A stretch of DNA of 64,000 nt, taken from NCBI GenBank assembly GCA_010015805.1, contig ML978143.1, positions 62,001 through 126,000 on the forward strand, read 5' to 3'. Origin of the DNA: Rhizodiscina lignyota (lineage: Eukaryota). The notes beneath the pieces were generated by a model. The model was not told where the DNA came from, ran no database searches, and worked only from the letters and a program-made list of their open reading frames with translations. Positions 21,793 through 35,215 of the stretch are shown here, piece by piece. The number at the start of each line of letters is the position of its first letter. Position 1 is the first letter of the stretch. The translations under genes were made by a program, and so were the position numbers.

Positions 21793-24289
21793 ATGAAGCG
21801 GACTAGAGACTCCTCGTCGTCCGACAGCATCACGGGCTCGGATTCTGACGATGTCGTTAGACTGCTCGAAACGACAGGGGTGAGCAAGGTATGCATCAGA
21901 AATTTCAAGGCAGGCCGGAAAAGAATCGCGGTGCGATCGCGGGCAATCAAAGTATCAGATGGCAAACGTTGCTGGACTTGCCGTGGGATGACGATCGAAA
22001 AACTCCGCAGCCATTCCGGATTCATCATCTCGAACAGTTTCGTGGAGCTCAAAAAATCTGCAGAATCATGTTCCATGTGCCATCTTGTCCTCATGAGCTT
22101 GCGCCACAAGGATCCCGAGATCGATGTGAAGCTTCAGTCTACGGTCATGCAGGAACTCAAGGCGAAGTACAACAACGACGGCGTCTCGGACTACAGCACC
22201 ATGCAGATTTCTTTTGTCTCGAAGCAGCCCCATCTTGCTCTCTCTGAGCGGTTCACATTATCCATGGATCCTTGGGGAAAGGGCATTATCCACCTCATGG
22301 CAACAGTCTTGGTGGAAAGCGGTAAAGGCGATGGATCCATGCGACGTCTTTTCCTTGACAGTGCGCTTATGATCTATACAAAGCAAGGTAAGAGTCGACA
22401 TACCGATTAAGATATTTATTGATTATAGACAAACGCAACAGGAGACCTGCAGTCGATTCCAACAGATCCGCGGCCAAAAAGAGAGGAGAAATTTGCTCTG
22501 ATTATTGCTTGGCTTCAAGACGAGCGGACATCCGATGGCGGCTCGAGACTATTGAGCGATCCGCAATATCCGCTTCCGGGAAGATTCATATATCTTGGAT
22601 CTTCTCCCACACTCGAGGGCCGCCAACTGCGACTTATCGATGGATATGAGCTGTGTCAGCTCGAGATGTCACCATTCCGAACCAAGCCTGTGGAATATGT
22701 CACTCTCAGCCATCGTTGGGGATCTCATCAGAGCTTTGTTACGACAAAAGCAAACCTAGAATCCAGACAAGAAGGATTCTATTTCGAGGAACTTCCGCAG
22801 ACATACCGAGATGCTGCCATCATCGCTGCGAGATTAGGCTTCGAATATCTTTGGATAGACGCGCTGTGTATAGTCCAAGATGATCCCAAAGACTGGATCC
22901 GCGAATCGGGGAAGATGGGAGCAATATATCACCTTGCGTCGCTCACGATAGCGTCTCACTGCTCCGAAAATGACGGTGACGGTTTCCTTGCTCCTGCGCT
23001 TCAACGGAGAGGCGGAGTTCCATTTAGGTAAGACCTTGAGATTTCTAGCAGTCAAGCTTAGATAGTAATGACCGAGACCATCCAGTTCTCTCGATCGAAC
23101 ATATGTCCGTGCTGCTGCGGACCTCGAGCTCGATATATCGAGAAGCCCGCTCGCAAAAAGGGGGTGGGTGTTCCAAGAGAGGTTTCTCTCAGCCAGAGTC
23201 CTTCACTTTACCACTGGTATGATATACTTGGAAACCCCTAGATGGACAAAGTCCGAGGATGGTCTCGCAATAAAGGACCAGGTCGTGAGCCATAGAGAAC
23301 CACATGCTCTACAGACAGTCGAACATTTCAATTTGCGGACACCTATTACCCTGCGCAGCTTTGCACAATGCTGCAATCGTCAAGCGGTCGATCGTAGCGT
23401 GGCATACTGGACTAATCAAACCCTTCGATCGCCGCTGGAGTGGTTTCAACTGGTGGAGATGTATTCGACCTGCTCATTAACCAGGGAACAGGACAAATTG
23501 ATCGCCATCTCTGGGATCGCACAGGTTGTCAGCCAGGGAATGTGTATACCATACCTTTCCGGAATATGGGCTGACCGGCTGGCAGCCGGGCTCATGTGGC
23601 TCAACGTTGATGGACCTTTGAAGAAATCACAGGAATATCGAGCATCCACTTGGTCCTGGGCTGCTTGGGATGGACCGATCCAATTTCCTCTGGCCAACGG
23701 CATGTTGAATTTCACCGAAAATTGCCATTATGTGAGCATGAACAGTGGAAAGGACGGGTGGTGGAACGGCCCCGGAGAACTCACCATCCGTACAGTGGTT
23801 CTCGACCTCAGCGAGCCAATTGCCAAAGGGGACCTTGTAATTTCATTCGTCCGACAAAGTATATACCCCGAAGATCTCCCACTGTGGGCGAAAGACGCAA
23901 AAGCATTGTGGAAATCCAGCGAAGATCCTCCGGTCAAGTTCTTCAATGCTTCCAACGCACACGCGTTTCGATATACCAAGCCTATCTCTGACTGGGGCTA
24001 CGACTTTAGCTGGATTGTCTTAGACTCGGAAGAGGCTGCGTTGAAACGCGATGACTATAGCATACCGCTGCAATGCGCTTCCATGGCATCCTTACATTCT
24101 CGGTCCCAGGGTGTGTTGCACATGGTTATCTTCCTTGCCCCTGCCTCTCAGCCTGGGTCCTTCAAGCGAGTCGGAGCAGGAGTCATTCGGCAAAAGCTTA
24201 TAAATGACATCAATGGTCTGCGGAACGAGGATGGCGCTCCGACTTATCCGCCAGTCGCGTTTAAGGAACAGGTTATCACGCTTGTGTAA
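21793..24289 (+). CDS. HET-domain (heterokaryon incompatibility, PF06985-type) protein
   Basis: Introns 22388-22441 and 23028-23085 keep the frame open. Motifs YVTLSHRWG, LPQTYRDA, YLWIDALCIVQDD, MGAIY, RGWVFQER, DKLIAISG and TWSWA. Confidence 0.93.
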
Positions 24290-24326
24290 CTTGGGTCCGC
24301 TGAGAATGAAAATATGAAGGAGTGAA

Positions 24327-24948
24327 TCATTCACGGGAATAGATTGCGACGTCCAAAGAGAAGAGCAAAGGATTAGGACCGAAATGTCTCGACATCCACA
24401 GAAGTGTCACATCCATCCCCTCGCATCCCGCGATGAGGGCCTCGACCAGCCCGTGGAGCGACATGTCCTCGATGTCCATTCCGCTGCCCGTGTGGCATAC
24501 TCGTCGGAAGTATTGGCTTTCGCTGGCGAGAACGTAGAGGCTGGAAGTCCCAGTTTTTGTTCCCATTGCCGTTATGGACGATATTAACGATGGATTGGAG
24601 CGTGGACCGTTAGACTCATGCCCGCCGCGACGCCGAAAGGCTATCAACCCAATCAAGACGGTAAATGTTGCTGCCAGTCCGAGGCCGGGTCTCAATCATG
24701 ACACCAACCAAATCTCCTTGAGCTATAAAGACGATATCTAGGGTGCTAGGGACTGATAGTGTCCTCATTAGAGGGAGTATTGCCTGCGTTTGCTGCAGCT
24801 CATGTCGCGAACTGCCAACAAACATGAGACCGAGACTAGTGCACACTGCCCCCCCCACAAGCAGCAGCAGGATGTCACAAATCTTGCGGCGGCGGGCTGG
24901 GTTGAAGAACAGGGCATTGATAAAGAACCCCATGCTGGCGATGGCCAA
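24327..24948 (-). CDS. Hypothetical membrane protein (gene structure uncertain)
   Basis: Two overlapping ORFs carry hydrophobic segments; no family recognised. Confidence 0.25.
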
Positions 24949-25873
24949 ACTAAATGCGGCGATTGGCTAGGTCGGGGTGAAGAGTCCTGCGCAGCGCAAT
25001 TTGTTCGTACCTCGGATCAACGCGGTCACCGAATCGTTATACTGTGCACTTAGGGTCGTCCCGTTTAGGTCTGTGCCCTGGATGAATCTGCTGCGAGGTC
25101 TTGTGGCGTCAGGTCGGAGATGTCCAAGGACGACATGCAATTTTTCTGACCAGACTGTGTAGTGTTGCTACTGCCACCGCCGACTACTGTATACTCGACG
25201 CAAGCACCTATTCAACGAAAACATCAGTTTCAAGATCCTTCAGTAGTTAGAACATACTTAGGCTAGAGGTACGCTAATAGCTAGGTTACGGGTACACGGG
25301 CAGCTAAAAAGAAATAGGTGCCTAGGCACCAGAGCTACGGGTACGTGCCCCGAGTTACGGGTACATAGGCCCCAGAGTCATATACGCTCCACCTAGGGCA
25401 GCGCGCTTGCACGTGACCCTTTCTCACATCCAGCGAAGCGCATGGACACGCAGACTAGATAAGAATTCGGAATTATTTGATGCTGCTCTAACGATGAAAA
25501 TGAAAAACTGATTTACAGATCGTCAGGGATGAACTGGCGGGGTGGCTATTTCGGTGCTAGTATATCGCTATGACGTAGCGTGCCCCGCCCTTCGCGAGGA
25601 CGTTCAAGAATCAGAAACTAGAAAGTCGAAGGGCTAAGGACGCACCGCCTGAGCCTCAACGCACTGTATTGGCAGATTGTTATCGCCGGCTCATCCTACG
25701 TCATCGGACTCGAGGGGCAAGCAGGTTTCTAGGGGCAGTGTATATAGGAACCCTTCCATCCACATGTATTCATGCTTAATTACTTAAATTAAAGATTGCA
25801 ATCAAACTACATCGTGCTCAGTGTCGAAAAGAAAGCACAACACCGGCCCAATACCGAACCCTAAAATATCAAC

Positions 25874-26353
25874 ATGGCAGGACTTCTTGGCGGCGGCGGC
25901 GGAAATCGGAATGGTGGTGGTAATAAAGGTCTTCTCGGAGGGTACGTCTTCGCCTTATTCGCTATCTTTCGACGCAACTTCAGCTCACCTTTCCAGCGTC
26001 CTTAACACAGTAGATGGTGTAACCAAAGACCTCCCAGTAGTTGGTGGAGTAACATCACCTCTCCTCAAGACCGTTGGGGACACGACTGACGGTTTGCCTA
26101 TCGTACGTCTCATCTTCCGTCGTACGAGCAATTTCTGATCTCTACGCAGCTTGGCTCCGGCGGCTTAGGAGGACAGGGGGGACAAGGGGGACAAGGGGGA
26201 CAAAGATCAACCCAAATGCAGCCTCAAGGGGAAGGGCGAGTTTTGACGCAAGAGGAACAGAAAGCGATACTCAAGGAGAAGAAGCGGAGGCAAATTGCGC
26301 TTCAAAAGCAGCAGTTGGCACTTGAGCAGGCAGAGTTAGAAATGTCAGATTAG
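25874..26353 (+). CDS. Small 3-exon Gly-rich / LEA-like protein with a C-terminal coiled coil
   Basis: ATG at 25874; introns 25942-25996 and 26103-26149 (both GTACGT...CAG). Product MAGLLGGGGGN...VLNTVDGVTKDLPVVGGV...GGQGGQGGQ...EEQKAILKEKKRRQIALQKQQLALEQAELEMSD*. TATATA at 25741. Confidence 0.8.
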
Positions 26354-26992
26354 GCGTAAATATACTGTTACATATCGCATCGAAAGAGAATGAATCCATC
26401 TCTCGGATCTGACTAAAAGTCCTTTCGTTCCTGAGCCCACTGCAGATCGACCTCTTCATTATCGATATTACTCTCCATGCAATGCTTGCCATAACGCCGC
26501 ATAATTTAGACTCGTGAAAAATGTCCAGGGCACCTGTGAAAATGGTTTAAGACGTCCATGAAAACGATTCGGCGCGCTGCCGCTTCCACAACGAGTCCAT
26601 CCAAGTCATTCTCCATAGAGTGATCTCTAATATCTTCAATTGAGGGGAAACAATGCCTTGTCGCCCGCCGTCTTCTCCATCGGAATAGAGCGTCCACTCC
26701 CCAAGGCGAACCTGAACCGCCATGGAAAAGTAACCCTCTTGCGTGCCTTGTTCTGGGCAGGGGAGGAAATAAGCTGTGAACGTTAAGCCTGACATCTGAC
26801 ATGTGATCCTTTGACCCCGGATTTTCATGTGAAGCTGCACGGACCCCTGTCGAAGCTATTGGCTGACATTCAATACCGAGGCCCCGATGACATACCTCGC
26901 GCGTCTTTCGTACACCTGACAACTGCCCCATATAATCACCCCGAACGCCCTTCTCAGCTATCTTCTCACCTCGCTCAAGCATACCACTCACA

Positions 26993-28384
26993 ATGTCATA
27001 TCAAGGTATGCTCGGAACTCTCACTACTCCCAGACTGAAGTGGCAGGTCACAGTTGCATGGCTGACAATGAATCATTAGCACAGCAACGTCTTTCGCAAG
27101 TCGGCTCTCATCTGGGCAAGGGCGGCAAGCAAGCCCTGCTCGAGAAGCACCCAGACGATGTAATCCTCTCTCTTCTCTCTCCTTATCATCTCCGAAACGC
27201 TTCTAACTTGACTCTGCAACCAGATCGTCATAACCTGCGCCCTCCGGACCCCCATAACAAGGGGCGGCAAAGGCCCCTTCAAAGACACCGCTGGCGCTGA
27301 CCTCCTCCATGGCGCCTTCGCCGGCCTCCTCGAGCGTTCTCACATCGACCCCTCCCTTGTCGAAGATATCGCAGTCGGTTGTGTCCTCGCGCCCGGCGGC
27401 GGCGCCACCGAGTTCCGCGCTGCTGCACTGGCAGCCGGCTTCCCAGCTAGCACGGCGGTCAAGAGCCTCAACAGACAATGTTCTTCTGGTTTGGCAGCAT
27501 GCGTGGATATTGCGAACGCGATAAAGACTGGGATGATTGAGGTGGGTATTGGCGCGGGGGTGGAGAGCATGAGCACGCAGTATGGACCGCAGGCAGTGAC
27601 GGAGTTCTCGGAACTGTTGGAGGAGCATGAGGAGGCGGCGAATTGTAAGGTGCCGATGGGCCAGCTGTCGGAGCAGATGGCACAGGATAAGCATGTCAGC
27701 AGAAAGGACCAAGACGCATTCGCCGCAAGATCGTTCCAGAAGGCGGAGCGCGCACAGGAACAGGGATTGTTTGATGAAGAGATATACCCTCTGAAAGCAC
27801 GCTACGAGGACCCTAAGACGGAAGAGTGGAAGGAGGTGCTAGTCAGAGCGGACGACGGCGTTCGTAAGGGTATGACAGCCGAGTCGCTCTCCAAGATCCG
27901 ACCGGCATTTGCGAAGGACGGCAGCATCCACGCGGGCAATGCAAGCCAGGTGTCTGACGGTGCGGCGGCGGTACTGCTGATGACGCGCGCAAAGGCAGAA
28001 CAGCTTGGCCAGCAGGTCCTCGGCAAGTTCGTGCAGGCGAGCGTGGTGGGTGTACCGCCGTTGCTCATGGGCATCGGGCCGTGGAAGGCGATTCCCGTGG
28101 CACTGGAGAAGGCAGGCATTACGAAGGAAGATGTGGATATTTATGAGATTAACGAGGCGTTTGCGAGTCAGTGCCTTTGGTGTGTGAGAGAGCTGGGACT
28201 CGATGAGAGCAAGGTCAATCCAAAGGGCGGCGCAATTGCGTTTGGGCACCCGCTGGGTTGCACGGGCGCGAGACAGGTTAGTACATTGTTGTACGAACTA
28301 CGGAGAAGGAAGCAGAGGATCGGAGTGACGAGTATGTGCGTAGGCACGGGGATGGGCATGGCTGCCGTTTGGATCGCGGAGTAG
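26993..28384 (+). CDS. POT1: Peroxisomal 3-ketoacyl-CoA thiolase
   Basis: PTS2 signal RLSQVGSHL after intron 27006-27079; catalytic NRQCSSG, NEAFA, GHPLG and CVGTGMG motifs. Confidence 0.95.
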
Positions 28385-28530
28385 AACGGATGGGAAGGAT
28401 AGGTTTCCTTCATCTATATTTGTACGATATGCATGACGGCACGAAATGGGCAAAATATAGACGGCATGCATGAAGTCTTTTGGACATTTTGATTCATACT
28501 TCATTCCTGATGGCTTTGTCGATCAATCCC

Positions 28531-29435
28531 TCATCTACCCCCAAACTGTTCCACCAACAACCCACCCAATGTCCTCCTCCTTCCCTCATCTCTCTGCCTT
28601 CCAGCATCCGCCCCCGAAGCACTCGCCTCCCCCTCCAACCTCCTTCTCAACCCCTCAAATCCCTCCCCACCGCGTCCCTGCGCTCCAGCTCCACTACCCT
28701 TCTCTCCAACAACCCACCCAGGCACCCTCCACTCACTACAAGGCAGCACCTCATTCCGCCACGCATATCCCACCGCCCAGCCCACGCCCGCGCAAAGCAG
28801 ACTTCCGGGTAGCTGTGCGAGACTGAGCTGCAGCGGCAGGAAATAAGATGTGGTTTTTGATGTGAAGGTGAGGGTGATGGCGGACATTGCGGCAGTGGAA
28901 GGAGTGGGCGTGGCGGTTGTCGCGAGCTTGTAGCGGTATGTGGGTGGGATGGCAGCGTGGTATTGCGCGAGGAGGGCGAAGAGGAGAGGCGTCGGCCCGG
29001 CGGGGAGATAGTTTAACGTATTGAGGGATAATGGACGGAGGATGAGGGCGAGAATGAGGGGCGGGAGGAGGGAGGTGTATGGTAGCGTCAGAAGAATGAA
29101 CGACTGTGCTTAATGTTAGCATTCATGTTCAACTCCTGCCTCGAGCAAATTGCTCCGAAGATAGGGCGTACAGCAAATTTCCTACTCCCCCACAGTCTCT
29201 CGATGATGCGCAAGTGGTACAGCGTCAGACACGCGAATAGCACCTCGGTCGAGTTGGTGTAGCAGGCCTGCCAGATGAAGACGCGCCACCACTGCCAGTA
29301 CGCCCAGAAGTGCGGCACCACCTGGATGTAGAAGAACATCTTCGTGTCTGTGAGCGTCGCGAGCATCGATCCCACGACAATCCACGCTATGAGAAGGCGC
29401 GTGACTGGCGCGTTAGAGAAGCCGGACGTCTGCAT
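28531..29435 (-). CDS. DSC2: Dsc E3 ligase complex rhomboid-like subunit Dsc2
   Basis: [46 protein letters not shown]; intron about 29104-29171; [24 protein letters not shown]. Confidence 0.82.
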
Positions 29436-30014
29436 CGCGGTGAGTGGGAGCGGAGCTGCGTGGAGCTGGAGGACACGTGGTGTCACGGATGGTGAATTGG
29501 GGGACGAAGAAAAGCGTATGGATCCTCAACACTTTAAAGGAACCATCTCGGGATTGGCTTTTGTCAAAGAAGTCGCATGGAAGCAGAATCGAGGTTGAAT
29601 GTCGCCTTTGTTGAAGGTGAAGTTGTTAACATGTAGCTCCCGAACTCCCACGCGGAAATGATGCGTATCACGTGCATCTAGCCGAAAATGGTAAGTATAG
29701 GCGCCTCCACGCATCGTAATTTCACCTGAAGAACATTTGGGATCGAGATCGCTGATCGGGATTGCAATAGTGGTAGATGACCATATGTAATTGGTGCCGT
29801 CGTAGTGGAGGAGAGCTTCTTTCAGGGCCGGCGGGTCACCTGCAAGCGGAGAGCTATAAGTAATGACGCAAATGACTGTCATCATCGCCGGATGCATATA
29901 TATGCCTATTGAGCAAGTCCATATGTGTCGAGCTTGCATTATTTCACAAGGAGGAACTTCCAAGCGAGCTTCCAAAAACACTGCTTTTTTGTGACAATCG
30001 CATTCGACTTCAAT

Positions 30015-30536
30015 ATGGACGGAGACAACTCGGCAAGGACTTTGGAAGGCGGCGCCTCATCGTACGTTCTTGGACGTCGATTTGGCGCATTGCGGAAAGT
30101 ACTGATATCTCACGGCCAGCGTGATGAACGACCAAGAATTCACCAGCGGCATCCATGAGGACAGCAAGCCACGCCAGGTAGGTCACATCTTCCCGCCCAG
30201 ATGCTTCCAAGCACGATGTATGCTAACCATCTGAACAGGAGCCGGCTGGTGAAAAGACAACTGGAGCTGGCAGCCCTCTCTTTAGTGCTGGTGGTGCAAT
30301 TGGCAAGCAGTTCACCAGTATGTCCTGGCCCTACCAACTCACACCCTTTGATTATAGGTTGCATTGCTGAGCTTTACGCAGCCGAAGGTGCTGTCGGAGG
30401 AACCGCGCAGAAGATCGGGGGTCCATTGGACAAAGATGGTATGATCGGAAAGCAATTCAAAGAGACAGGGTCCATTGGAGGAGCGGTGGAGGATACTCTC
30501 GGAAAGGGGGAGGCGAACACGTTCGGCAGGAAGTGA
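30015..30536 (+). CDS. Small 4-exon Gly-rich hypothetical protein with a duplicated IGKQF motif
   Basis: Three canonical introns (GTACGT, GTAGGT, GTATGT donors, each with a branch site) give MDGDNSART...GAIGKQFTTEGAVGGTAQKIGGPLDKDGMIGKQFKETGSIGGAVEDTLG. Confidence 0.8.
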
Positions 30537-31746
30537 GAGAATGAAGCCGCTTCGCCATTCATGGATGCTTCGTTAGACATGTACATCATATGTAGCACTT
30601 TGGATCGATAGTCATCCGAATATTGAACTAATGTGGGAAACCTTATCATTTATGGCCGATTTCCGATTCAGTTGGTGGAAGAGCAGCACTCTTCCCGTAC
30701 GAAGTAGAGGGATCAGCATGGTATGTCTTGCGGTGGGCAGTGGCGAGAGGCGAGCCTGAGTCCAAATACCTTATGGAATGCCTTTGTGCGTGTGAATTAA
30801 TAATTAATAAGCGGAACGCGAAGTAAAATCAAAGGGAAAAGGTGAGATTTGAAGTATGAAAGTGTATCGCCCCTCGGTTGGAAACAATGGTGCTGTGAAC
30901 AATGGCGCGTGGGGGGAGGGAGAGTGGCGTAGCGGCTGTTTAATTATTTTTTAGGGATACTACCTATATATTAAATTTCTGATGTTCCAGTGTTCGAAGT
31001 TGGGGCCACCAGACAAGCCGTAGTTCGCCCTGGTGAGTGCTATTGGGGGATCAACTCATGAACCCACGGACTTCCCGGGGGGGCCGCCTTATAGTCTCAA
31101 CAGGCATGTCTAGCAACAAGTTGCTAGATTCGGGTCAAATTGTGACTGTGAAAATAAAGGACGCCCCCTCACCTCTTTTTTTTTGCCCTTTTTCCCGTTG
31201 TTGTGCTCTACTTTTTGTTGTTGTTGTTCTCTACTTTTGTTGCGCCAGCTTGTACGAGCTGATAGCCCGATGGAGCGCGCCTGTGGACAACCTAATGTTG
31301 TCCGACAGGGGCGAGGATCGATTCTGTGGCTCAGTGGGAATCATGCTTCGCTTTGTTTTAAGTTGTTTCGTATTGGTAAGGCCTCCAGTTCGAACCTGAG
31401 AGCTTAACTTTTCCTTTTTCCCTCCCGATATTAACTCTTTTCCTGTATTTTTGAACATTTAGGCCATCCTTGCACCATTGGCCAATTCTTCAAGACCCAG
31501 AGCCATCAAAACTTATGTTTACTATGAGTATTCGTAAATTGCGGCTGCTCTGCCCAGGCAATATGAAAGATGCATCATCCCGCCCATAGTTGATACAACC
31601 TTCGCATAAGCTCCATGCTCTTTCCGTCAACATCGCTCAGCATCATCTATTTCCTGCTCTTCCAAGTGTACAAGAAGCCCAGAGCACAAAAATTGAGAAT
31701 AGCAGAGTATCGCTCCGGACTAACTTCTTGTGCTATTAAATCTAAC

Positions 31747-33317
31747 TCAAACCAACCGCCAGGGCTCTTTTCGAGGTTTCAGTGCCAACACTCGCGCCGA
31801 CCGAATCCCCATGCTCTGATCGATAAATTCGAGGGTCGCAATTATCCACCTTTCCCTTTCACTGCCTTGCTCTACACTCCACCTAGCCATATGCAACTGG
31901 CAGAGCAACAAATAGCCACACAGCGCAATCTTCCTTCTTGCTCGAGTCTCGTTGCCCTTTGAGTCAATCTCATACAGCATGAATGGCACGCTGGCACACA
32001 CGCCAGACACCATATTCTCAACAATAGCTCTTGAATATGCTTCTCGCATTCGCAAGCGATCGTGTTCATCGAGAAGAGAGAGACAATGCAAGAGCAGATT
32101 GTGGAGGTGCATTCGCTTGCTGTAGTGACCGAGCCAGATATTTGCGATCCACAGATCGTGGTAAGTGTAAGCTTCTTGTCCAACAGCGTGCGTTGATGAC
32201 TCTGACGGCAGGGAGATCGTTCGCCGACCCCACGTGTCGGAAGACAAATACGTGTCGAGCCATTTTTGGTAACCTGCGTCAATGGCGAATCCGGTTTGGA
32301 TATGATTTTGAAGCTGTAACTGTGACCACGGATGTTGGAAATCACTCTCAAACAGTAGCCGGGCTTCCGCACACCAGTACGCGGTGCGGAGATGTAGTCT
32401 CTCAATCTGTAGCGGAGGCTTCTTAATGCCGCAAAGCTCGAGATACTCGGCCGCCTCCTCAATAGGTCGTTCAAGCAGATTCAAGTTATGCTGAATCTGC
32501 GCAACAACATGAGCAGTTCGGTCAGAGACAAGGCACTTTCAAGACTTACAGCAAGCGAATGAGTGACAGCATAAAGGCATTTGCCCACCGGGCTACGAAA
32601 TTGTTCGGCACCGCGAAGCCTGAGTAGCTGGGACCGACCTCTGTGATGGTGTTTCTCCAAAACTGAACGGCCACTGAGGAGCTGTGTAACAATGTTAGTC
32701 TCAAAATCTTATGTATTATGTGTGGAATGGATGAGTCGCTGATACTTACCTCACACATGCCAACAAGCCAAGATGCAGCCAGCGTCGAATCTTTCTTGAG
32801 CTCTGCCGGATTCTGTAATGCGGCGTTGAGCGATATCAAAGCGAACCCGTACGTCGCATCGGCCTCAGCAGCCATCTGTTGATGCCCAAGCTGGTTCGCC
32901 CGATTGCTTAATGCCGCAGCAAGCAGAGCTTGTTTGAAGCAATCAGACGAATCACGACTCCCGCAAAGATCCCTTATGAACCTTGTGTGGCGGAGGGCGA
33001 CATCGGAATGAAGAACGTAGTCGCCAAAGAAGCCTAGGAGGACATCATCTTTGGAATTGACTTGCGCTTCCTCTCTGTCCCTGAGGATTCTGTCGACGCG
33101 AGATTCGACCTTTTGTTCGGCGAGCATCGTCATGTCCCGCACAGTCATTTCCGTTTGGTACCCAGGACACGGCCTTCCTCTAGAGACGCAATTCTGGCAT
33201 TGTGGCTGAGCTCCATCACACTATCAAAGGTTAGACAAAGACCACTCCGAGTACAAGAAAAGATGCGAGTACTTTGATCTTGCGGCTTCTGCATGCGCCG
33301 CATCGACTTCGAGGCAT
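31747..33317 (-). CDS. Zn(II)2Cys6 transcription factor
   Basis: ATG at 33317; intron 33221-33272 joins CGACRSRKIK|CDGAQPQCQNCVSRGRPCPGY. Further introns follow, and the C-terminus has YHDLWIANIW and VCASVPF. Confidence 0.88.
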
Positions 33318-33814
33318 GATGGCAACTCCCGAACAACCAAAAGGGGCAGAAAGGAGCGTATGGCGGTGCTTCAGTCATGGCGCAAACCACGCGGTGCAGA
33401 AGCGCGAAATAAATGGAGTTTGACACGGTGAATGTGTCGCGAAAACGAGAACGAAAGCTGAGTTGTGAAGTTCAGGTCAGACCTGCGAACCCCTGGCTGC
33501 CGCCTCCAAGTTCAAGTCGACCCCGTCGCCACTGACTAGCCCTAAATGCAGCCAAACCATTTCGGGCAATTCTCAGCGGTGGCTCAGCTCTCTTGCCGCC
33601 CGATAGGCTGGCCTTATTTGAATGCTCGCGGAGCCCCATTTGAGGCTGGACGTTTGAGCCTTAAAATTATCATCGACGGAGACTTTCATCTGTGGGCATT
33701 GGAGCGCGATGACTTCTTATTTAATCATCTTCTTTAGTCGCGGTGTTGGGGAGTACCAGCTCTCTTCTCCTCGCACATCTCAAACTCTTCATTCAGATCA
33801 ATTTTACATTCAGT

Positions 33815-35215
33815 ATGGGTCTCTTCGATTTACACAATAGCAGCTCGAATCATACATGTCCAGGGCCGAAAAATGCAGATGGACCAAGTAAGGCCACAAA
33901 CCATTCTTGGAGGTTCCGTGCTAATGCATTTAATCCGTTCAGCGATCCAGCCAGTAGTGGGCAGCTTTACAGCCCACGGCCTCTTCGTTATCGTCTCAGG
34001 CGCAACTGCGCTATTCGCCGGCTTACTCACCATATTTCTCCTCATTCGACATGCAACACATTATTCTTGCCCCAGGGAGCAAAAGCAGTAAGTTCCAATC
34101 CTCCGTCTCAAGCTACGATGCTCATCACTGACTTGAACGACAGAATAATCAGGATCATAACCATTGTCCCTTCCTTCGCAATCGTGTCGTTCCTCTGCGT
34201 TTGGCTAGACGGCTCTCCCAATCTATACATCGCACCTGGACGTGATGTCGGAGAAGCGTTTCCCATGGCGGCTTTCTTCTTACTGATGACGGCATATATT
34301 GCGCCCAACGAACAATCTCAAGACGATTGCTTTGCTCAGTTAGCCCTGCTGGACAAGAAAGGCAATGAGCTAGGTGGAGGAAGCCTGGTCTGGTTTCACG
34401 TGAGTGCTCATAATCAACCGGCTGAGGCGGGAAGCTTACTCGGAAACAGAAACTGGCTTTCATGGTCGTGCAATGGTTGCCCATTTCAATAATACTGTGG
34501 ATTGCAACAGCTATTAGCCTGGCTGTCGGCACTTATTGTGTCGATTCGAACAGCATCCACTTCGCACATATCTGGATCACCATTCTCCGCATGATCTCAA
34601 CGGGCCTAGCCATCATAGCGATCCTGCGATTCTACACTCGGTCGAAGCCTCTGCTGAAGTCCCGCGGAACTCTGAAGCAGCTCATCTGCTTCAAGGCCAT
34701 CGTATTCCTCAACTTCGTGCAGACATTCATCTTCTCGTTTCTCCGGTCATCAGGAGCTCTGCACCCGAGCAAATACTTCACTCTGAACGACCTGAGCAAT
34801 GGCCTCCCATCTCTCATTCTGTGCTGTGAAATGGCGCCGATTGCACTGTTTTTCTTCGTCGCATACCCTGTCAAGCCGTACAGTCGTAAGGGGGACCAGT
34901 GGTACCACGGAGGTCCTCTCGGCTGCTATGCAATCCTCCAAGCACTGAATCCCGTCGACATTGTCATCGAGCTGCTCCAAGGCGTACGAGCAAAGTTTCA
35001 TCGGGACGGAGGATACACATCTGTCGTGGCCCCTCACGCGAGTTACGATGGGCCTGGATATGCGGAGCCTCCGCAATATGGTCAGTACGCAAACCACGAG
35101 TACGAAATGCGAAATGAGGTATGTCGACGGAGTCGTGCACGATCCAAATGTGACACTGGCTAAGATAAATTAGCAGACGCCTCGTGTGAAAGCCCATCAT
35201 AATGGACAATATTGA
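33815..35215 (+). CDS. OST-alpha/TMEM184-family membrane transporter
   Basis: HATHYSCPREQKQ|IIRII, FKAIVFLNFVQ, LILCCEM and AYPVKPY motifs; four predicted introns; TGA at 35213-35215. Confidence 0.85.

Noticed and set aside
29526..29981. 151-aa minus-strand ORF
   Set aside because: Non-ATG start and no recognisable homology; left unannotated.
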